Below are positions 33,706-38,412 of a stretch of 38,412 bases of DNA, one piece after another (the first letter of the stretch is position 1; each line of letters starts with the position of its first letter). Source of the stretch: an uncultured bacterium (GTDB lineage: Bacteria; Actinomycetota; Acidimicrobiia; Spongiisociales; UBA4744); assembly GCA_965549635.1 (NCBI GenBank), contig CBEVHI010000002.1, positions 1 through 38,412 on the forward strand, written 5' to 3'. The position numbers and the translations under genes are program-made. The notes under the pieces are model-generated. The model was not told where the DNA came from and did no database searches. It saw only the letters and a program-made list of their open reading frames with translations.

Positions 33706-35507
33706 CACGGGTGACCTTCCTGAGAGCCGGGACGGTGGCTGAAGAGATCGCGCGTCCGTCAACGCGAGACATCGAGTCGGCCCTCGCTCGGGGACACCTC
33801 CCTGTGTCGATCGGGTTGGCCACCGGCACCCCAGCTGCCTGGGTCCTCGATCCCGACGAGGTGCGTGGAGCGGCGGGACCCGGCTGGCGGCTCACCGTCC
33901 GGCACCGAGGATCGAGAGCTGCGGTACTGGACGCACTTGCCCGCAGCGGAGCCCGCTACCTGAGGTCATCTGCTCCGGCCGAGGCAAGGACGCTGACGGC
34001 TCTCCCCGGTGTCCAAGCCGAGGTTTCGGTCCCCGTAGCCGACGTGGGAGAGGCTCAGGCCGCGGTGCTCGACGGGGCGACCGATCTGGTGCTCGGCGCC
34101 TGGAGTGACGACGAGATCGGACGGTTGCGAGATGCGTTGGGGGTCCCCGTCGTCGAACGCTCTGCGTTCCCCCTCGGTGTCGAACTCGACGCCATCCGGA
34201 GCCGGTTGGACGCAAGGATGTGGAGCCTCTACCTCAACGGAGTCGATGCGAGGGGAGCGGTCCGCAGAAGAACCGAGTGGGCGCCGGGGAGGGATGTGCC
34301 GATACCACCGGCCCCGGGGCGTGTCTCTGCCGAGTGGACGGATCCGACATGGGAGAAGGAGACTCCTCACGACCCACTCACCGATGCCACCGCCCCCGTG
34401 GCCAGAATCCTCGATCGTTCGCTGGATGGACGCCCTCCGACGCGCGACGAGATCGCGACGCTGTTCGAAGCGAGGGGTAGAGATGTCGAAGCAATCGCAT
34501 GGACGGCCGACCGGCTCCGGTCCCGGACGGTGGGCGCATCGGTGACGTACGTGGTCAATCGGAACATCAACTACACGAACCTGTGCACCTACAAGTGCCG
34601 GTTCTGTGCGTTCTCCAAAGGACCGCGCAGTCTTGACCTACGCGGCGAGCCGTATCTGATGAGCGTCGAAGACGTCGTCACGATGGCGAGGGAGGCCTGG
34701 GACCGAGGGGCCGTTGAGGTGTGCCTCCAGGGCGGTATCCACCCCGGTTTCACCGGCGACTTCTACGTTGAGTTGGTCGAGCAGATCAAAGCCGTCCTTC
34801 CGGAGATGCACATCCATGGGTTCACGCCACTCGAGGTCTGGCAGGGTGCCCAGACCCTCGATGTTCCCGTCCGCACCTACCTGGAGCGTCTCCGGGACGC
34901 CGGACTGGGGACCCTTCCGGGCACCGCGGCAGAGATTCTGGACGACCGCGTGCGCGCCCACCTGTGCCCGGACAAGATCACGACCGCGGAGTGGGCCGAG
35001 GTGATGATGACCGCCCACGAGCTCGAGCTCCGATCGACCGCAACGATCATGTTCGGTCACATCGATGACCCGGGCTCCTGGGCCAATCACTTCGAGGTGC
35101 TGCGCACCATTCAACGCCACACTGGCGGCTTCACCGAGTTCGTGCCGCTTCCGTTCGTGCACATGGGGGCGCCCATCTATCTGCAGGGGAATGCCCGGCC
35201 GGGACCAACTTGGGATGAGGTCGTCTTGATGCACGCGGTCGCCCGTATCGCGTTCGACGGGTTGATTCCCAACATCCAGGCATCCTGGGTGAAGCTCGGT
35301 CTGGATGGCGCTCGTCGCCTGCTCGATGCCGGCTGCAACGATCTTGGCGGAACTCTGATGGGGGAGATCATCACGAGGGCGGCCGGCGCCGCCCACGGTC
35401 AGGAGGCGACGGTCGCACAGTTCGAGTCCCTGATCCGGTCCGCCGGCCGGCGGCCGCTGCGCAGGACGACGCTGTACGAGACGGCGCCGGGACTTCCGGT
35501 GGAATAA
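33702..35507 (+). CDS. cofH: FO synthase subunit CofH (radical SAM) with ~225-aa unassigned N-terminal region
   Basis: NINYTNLCTYKCRFCAFSKG plus the downstream CofH pattern. Track ORF 33528..35507 trimmed to GTG 33702 (GTGA overlap with the cofG stop). The first radical-SAM Cys is residue ~295 counted from that start. Confidence 0.85.
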   Translation: MTRVTFLRAGTVAEEIARPSTRDIESALARGHLPVSIGLATGTPAAWVLDPDEVRGAAGPGWRLTVRHRGSRAAVLDALARSGARYLRSSAPAEARTLTALPGVQAEVSVPVADVGEAQAAVLDGATDLVLGAWSDDEIGRLRDALGVPVVERSAFPLGVELDAIRSRLDARMWSLYLNGVDARGAVRRRTEWAPGRDVPIPPAPGRVSAEWTDPTWEKETPHDPLTDATAPVARILDRSLDGRPPTRDEIATLFEARGRDVEAIAWTADRLRSRTVGASVTYVVNRNINYTNLCTYKCRFCAFSKGPRSLDLRGEPYLMSVEDVVTMAREAWDRGAVEVCLQGGIHPGFTGDFYVELVEQIKAVLPEMHIHGFTPLEVWQGAQTLDVPVRTYLERLRDAGLGTLPGTAAEILDDRVRAHLCPDKITTAEWAEVMMTAHELELRSTATIMFGHIDDPGSWANHFEVLRTIQRHTGGFTEFVPLPFVHMGAPIYLQGNARPGPTWDEVVLMHAVARIAFDGLIPNIQASWVKLGLDGARRLLDAGCNDLGGTLMGEIITRAAGAAHGQEATVAQFESLIRSAGRRPLRRTTLYETAPGLPVE

Positions 35508-35552
35508 TCGCGACCGCTGCCGGCTTGTGCGGGCAAACGAGGAGAGATACCG

Positions 35553-36719
35553 ATGCCAGAGCCCGTCATCGTTGCCGCAGCCCGAACACCCATCGGAAGG
35601 GCCTTCAAAGGGTCGCTCATCGACGCCCGCCCGGACGACATGGCCGGCTTCATCATCGCCAGGGTGCTGGAGAAGGTACCCCAGGTGGATGTCTCGACGA
35701 TCGAAGATGTGATGGTCGGTTGTGGGCTGACGCATCACGAGTCGGGATACAACCTCGGGAGGAACGCCGCGCTGCTGGCCGGACTGCCGGACACCGTGCC
35801 CGGAACCACCGTCAACCGCTTCTGTTCCTCGTCGCTGCAGACCATCCGAATGGCAGCGCATGCCATCAAGGCAGGTGAAGGCGACCTCTTTGTGGCCGCC
35901 GGCGTTGAGAGCATCACGAGAACGCTGAACAACGGCTTCGACCCCGAGGACTTCAACCCCCGATTCGTGGACGAGAGTCGAGACGACTTCATCAACCACG
36001 TCTACATCCCGATGGGGCTGACCGCCGAGAACGTGGCGAAGCGCTACGCAATCAGCCGGGAGCGCATGGATGAGTTCGCGAAGCTGTCCCAGGATCGAGC
36101 GGTCGCGGCCCAGGCGGACGGGTTCTTCGACCGGGAGATCGTCCCGTATCCGCTGCCAGATGGCACGCACATGACAAAGGACGACGGGCCGCGGCCGAAC
36201 ACCACGGTGGAGAAGCTGGGCACGTTGCCTGCAGCGTTCCTCCCGAACGGCAAGGTCACCGCGGGTAACTCGTGTCCGCTCAACGACGGAGCCGCCGCGG
36301 TGCTTGTGATGTCGGATACGAAGGCCGAGGAACTCGGAGTCGCCCCTCTTGCACGCATCGTCGCCTCGTCCGTGGCCGCGGTGGAACCGGAGTACATGGG
36401 GATTGGCCCGATACCCGCGGTGCGAAAGGTGCTCGAGCGAGCCGGAATGAAGATCGGCGATGTCGACATTGTGGAGCTCAATGAGGCATTCGCTGCCCAG
36501 GTCCTTCCCGTGAGCGACGAGCTGGGCATCGACATCGAGACCCAGCTCAATCCTCACGGCGGAGCGATCGCTCTCGGTCATCCATTCGGTATGACCGGAG
36601 CCCGGATCATGACGACGCTGCTGAATGGCCTGCAGACGTCCGACGGATCGATCGGTCTGGAGACCATGTGCGTTGGGGGAGGCATGGGCATGGCCATGGT
36701 GGTGGAACGCTTGACATGA
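35553..36719 (+). CDS. Acetyl-CoA C-acetyltransferase (thiolase II)
   Basis: VIVAAARTPIG, NRFCSSSLQ (active Cys), NEAFAAQ, GGAIALGHPFGMTGAR, CVGGGMGMAMVVE. Confidence 0.93.
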   Translation: MPEPVIVAAARTPIGRAFKGSLIDARPDDMAGFIIARVLEKVPQVDVSTIEDVMVGCGLTHHESGYNLGRNAALLAGLPDTVPGTTVNRFCSSSLQTIRMAAHAIKAGEGDLFVAAGVESITRTLNNGFDPEDFNPRFVDESRDDFINHVYIPMGLTAENVAKRYAISRERMDEFAKLSQDRAVAAQADGFFDREIVPYPLPDGTHMTKDDGPRPNTTVEKLGTLPAAFLPNGKVTAGNSCPLNDGAAAVLVMSDTKAEELGVAPLARIVASSVAAVEPEYMGIGPIPAVRKVLERAGMKIGDVDIVELNEAFAAQVLPVSDELGIDIETQLNPHGGAIALGHPFGMTGARIMTTLLNGLQTSDGSIGLETMCVGGGMGMAMVVERLT

Positions 36720-36739
36720 CGTCGTGATGACATCATAAT
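36711..36739 (+). promoter_or_regulatory. Sigma-70/SigA-type promoter: TTGACA - 17 nt - CATAAT
   Basis: TTGACA at 36711-36716 (inside the last thiolase codons), a 17-nt spacer, and CATAAT at 36734-36739. A start site 7 nt downstream would fall on the A of ATG 36746. Confidence 0.55.
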
Positions 36740-36747
36740 GATGTCAT
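36727..36747. promoter_or_regulatory. 21-bp perfect palindrome (putative operator) overlapping the -10 box and the start codon
   Basis: ATGACATCAT-A-ATGATGTCAT: 10/10 arm positions are complementary, checked base by base. It is AT-rich in a GC-rich genome and lies immediately 5' of a ribbon-helix-helix gene. Confidence 0.6.
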
Positions 36748-37189
36748 GCAAGGATACAGCGCACTCGCCAAACTGGAAGAAGCCGTTTCCCGCCAGGTCG
36801 AGCTGGCAGGTGACGACATCTCCGTGGAGACCGCAGCCGGAACGATCCTCGAGATCCTCGAGCCGACGATTCGGGAGATCGTCGTCGATCTTGCCCAGCA
36901 GGCCGCCGCCGAGGTGGCGGCCCAGCTCTCCGACTACGAGGTCGACGTGGTGATCTCCGACGGAGAGCCAGAGCTGCGGCTTCGGGAGTCGCAGCCCTCT
37001 TCGGACGTCGCGTCGGGCTCCTACGAGGCACGGCTCACCCTTCGGCTTCCTGACAAGATCAAGGCGCTGATCGAGGACGCGGCCGCGGACACGGGCGACT
37101 CGGTGAACTCGTGGGTCGTGAAGGCCCTCTCTTCGAAGACAGGCTCCGCTCGCGTGGGTAGGCGGGTGTCGGGGACGGTGGAGCTATGA
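36746..37189 (+). CDS. Ribbon-helix-helix (CopG/Arc/HicB-antitoxin-like) DNA-binding protein with acidic N-terminal domain
   Basis: C-terminal RLTLRLPDKIKALIEDAAADTGDSVNSWVVKAL fits a beta-strand / helix / helix RHH pattern. There is no SD upstream (see the promoter feature). ATGA overlap with the next gene. Confidence 0.7.
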   Translation: MQGYSALAKLEEAVSRQVELAGDDISVETAAGTILEILEPTIREIVVDLAQQAAAEVAAQLSDYEVDVVISDGEPELRLRESQPSSDVASGSYEARLTLRLPDKIKALIEDAAADTGDSVNSWVVKALSSKTGSARVGRRVSGTVEL

Positions 37190-37959
37190 GTGCTCGGCGG
37201 GAGTCGTTTGTCGTTGGGGAGCGTCCGAGAATCTCGGTCCGTATCGGCTCAGGCGGGGTGCGCCTCGTGCATGGTGAGGCCGGCAAGGTCGACGTGGACG
37301 TGCGTGGACGCGATGCCGATTCGGTGCTGATCGAACAGGTAGGCGGTTTGGTCAGTGTGGATCAGGAGCAGGGTCGTTTCCGGCGCGGCGCATTGCAGGT
37401 CGTCTTCTCGATCCCTCCCGGCGCGGCAGTCTCCGCCTCACTGGCTTCTGCGGATCTCGACGTCGAAGTGCCGGTCGATGAGCTCACGGTGTCGGCAGCC
37501 TCGGGTGACATCCGGGTCGGCGAAGTGCGACGGGAGTTGACCGTGAAGACTGCCTCGGGGGACGTCGAGGTGGTATCGCTCCTGGGAAAGGGAAGGATGA
37601 ATGCCGCATCCGGAGACATTCAGATTCGCAGATTGGATGGAGACTCGACGATCAACACCGCCTCGGGGGACATCGAGGTGGGCGAGGCCCAAGCGGATCT
37701 GAACCTGCGTTCGGTCTCAGGCGACATCGACATAGCTCGGTACGTGGGCGTCGACCTCATCACGAGCACGGTGTCCGGGGACGTAACGGTTCGAGTTCCG
37801 CGCGGAAGGAGCGTGGACGTCGACCTTCGCAGTCTGTCGGGCCGGATCAAGCTTCCGAAGTCACCAGGAGGCGATACCGGGGAGGGTGAGAAGGTTCACG
37901 TCCGGATCAGGTTCAAGTCCGTCTCCGGAGACTTCGAGCTGACTACGTCGGGCTCTTGA
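37186..37959 (+). CDS. DUF4097-type beta-strand repeat protein (LiaG / putative-adhesin-like), no signal peptide or TM segment
   Basis: Eight repeats of (A/V)SG(D/R)(I/V/F) spaced 18-19 residues apart: SAASGDIRV, KTASGDVEV, NAASGDIQI, NTASGDIEV, RSVSGDIDI, STVSGDVTV, RSLSGRIKL, KSVSGDFEL. Confidence 0.8.
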   Translation: MSARRESFVVGERPRISVRIGSGGVRLVHGEAGKVDVDVRGRDADSVLIEQVGGLVSVDQEQGRFRRGALQVVFSIPPGAAVSASLASADLDVEVPVDELTVSAASGDIRVGEVRRELTVKTASGDVEVVSLLGKGRMNAASGDIQIRRLDGDSTINTASGDIEVGEAQADLNLRSVSGDIDIARYVGVDLITSTVSGDVTVRVPRGRSVDVDLRSLSGRIKLPKSPGGDTGEGEKVHVRIRFKSVSGDFELTTSGS

Positions 37960-38412
37960 GCGTCACGGCGGTTCCTACTGCACCGACGTGGGTGCTCTCG
38001 CCGACAGAGACTTCGATTCGCACACCTACGACTGCGTGGGCGCCTCTGGCGAGCGCCTGATCCACCATCGACCTGATCGCCCGATTCCTCGCCGATGGAA
38101 GATCGGTCTCGGTTGCCATGGCGTCGCCGGCGACGAGCCCCAGAAACGTGTCGATCTCCCAGGCGCCGGCACCGGGGGTCGTGGTGACGATCGGACGCCA
38201 CGTGGACCGACCGCCTTCTTGCTGGACCCAGCCCTGAGCGGCGTCCTGCCACTCTGCTCCCCAAGTCACTGAAGGCTCGTCTGGTGGTTCGTCGGTGGCA
38301 CGGATCACTCTCGTTGCTTCGCCGAGGTCTGCCGCCTCATCGACGGGCTCGATGCCGACGGGTTCTTCGGTCGGTCCTTCGTCGATGGCTTGCTCGATGA
38401 CCTCTTGGAGGT
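37943..38412 (-). CDS. YbjQ/UPF0145-like domain protein, 5' end probably outside the window (partial)
   Basis: IVTTTPGAGAWEIDTFLGLVAGDA...RGAHAVVGVRIEV...GTAVTL. By hand translation the reading frame stays open from the track start GTG 38308 up to the window edge. The stop overlaps the DUF4097 gene end by 17 nt. Confidence 0.6.
   Translation of the reverse strand, partial: LQEVIEQAIDEGPTEEPVGIEPVDEAADLGEATRVIRATDEPPDEPSVTWGAEWQDAAQGWVQQEGGRSTWRPIVTTTPGAGAWEIDTFLGLVAGDAMATETDLPSARNRAIRSMVDQALARGAHAVVGVRIEVSVGESTHVGAVGTAVTLKSPT

Noticed and set aside
36738-36953. 71-aa ORF starting at ATG 36738 inside the palindrome (other ATGs at 36727 and 36741)
   Set aside because: S/R/P-rich junk translation overlapping the RHH gene in another frame. 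The extra ATGs are a by-product of the ATGA(C/T) palindrome arms.
1-38412. Looked for tRNA/rRNA genes, CRISPR repeats, IS elements, integrases and phage or defence-system genes
   Set aside because: No evenly spaced direct repeats, no transposase/integrase/recombinase motifs, and no nuclease/ATPase defence-type architectures were seen. All sizeable ORFs are accounted for by housekeeping or small hypothetical genes.

Overview
GC-rich chromosomal segment, about two-thirds G+C by eye. Its backbone follows the gene order I associate with Actinomycetota core genomes: rpmB | DAK2(yloV)-recG-rsmD-coaD-coiled-coil-yceD(DUF177)-rpmF-plsX-rnc-mutM-acyP-smc-ftsY, then ffh-rpsP-KH-rimM. I support 45 protein-coding genes. 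Several starts were trimmed from the supplied ORF track, and rpmF was added because the track misses it. I saw no rRNA, tRNA, CRISPR array, transposase, integrase or phage genes, so this looks like core genome rather than a mobile island. Other content: inhA-type fabI; an orphan GAF histidine kinase divergent from an alpha/beta-hydrolase / membrane-anchored MurF-like ligase / Ddl operon; and a minus-strand block upp-ATL-deoA-punA-etfB-etfA plus cdd lying between ftsY and ffh. Also present are gap, split F420 genes cofG and cofH, a thiolase, and an RHH + DUF4097 pair. The items most worth a second look are listed here. (1) The MurF-like ligase has its N-terminal domain replaced by a polytopic membrane domain and is coupled to Ddl. 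(2) An AT-rich 11-bp inverted repeat closes a three-hairpin fold in the upp/membrane-protein spacer. (3) A consensus promoter, a 21-bp perfect palindrome and an apparently leaderless start sit in front of the RHH-DUF4097 module. (4) A tandem pair of unassigned 89-aa paralogues lies near the left edge. (5) CofH carries a long unassigned N-terminal region. All family calls come from motif recognition by eye. No database search was run.
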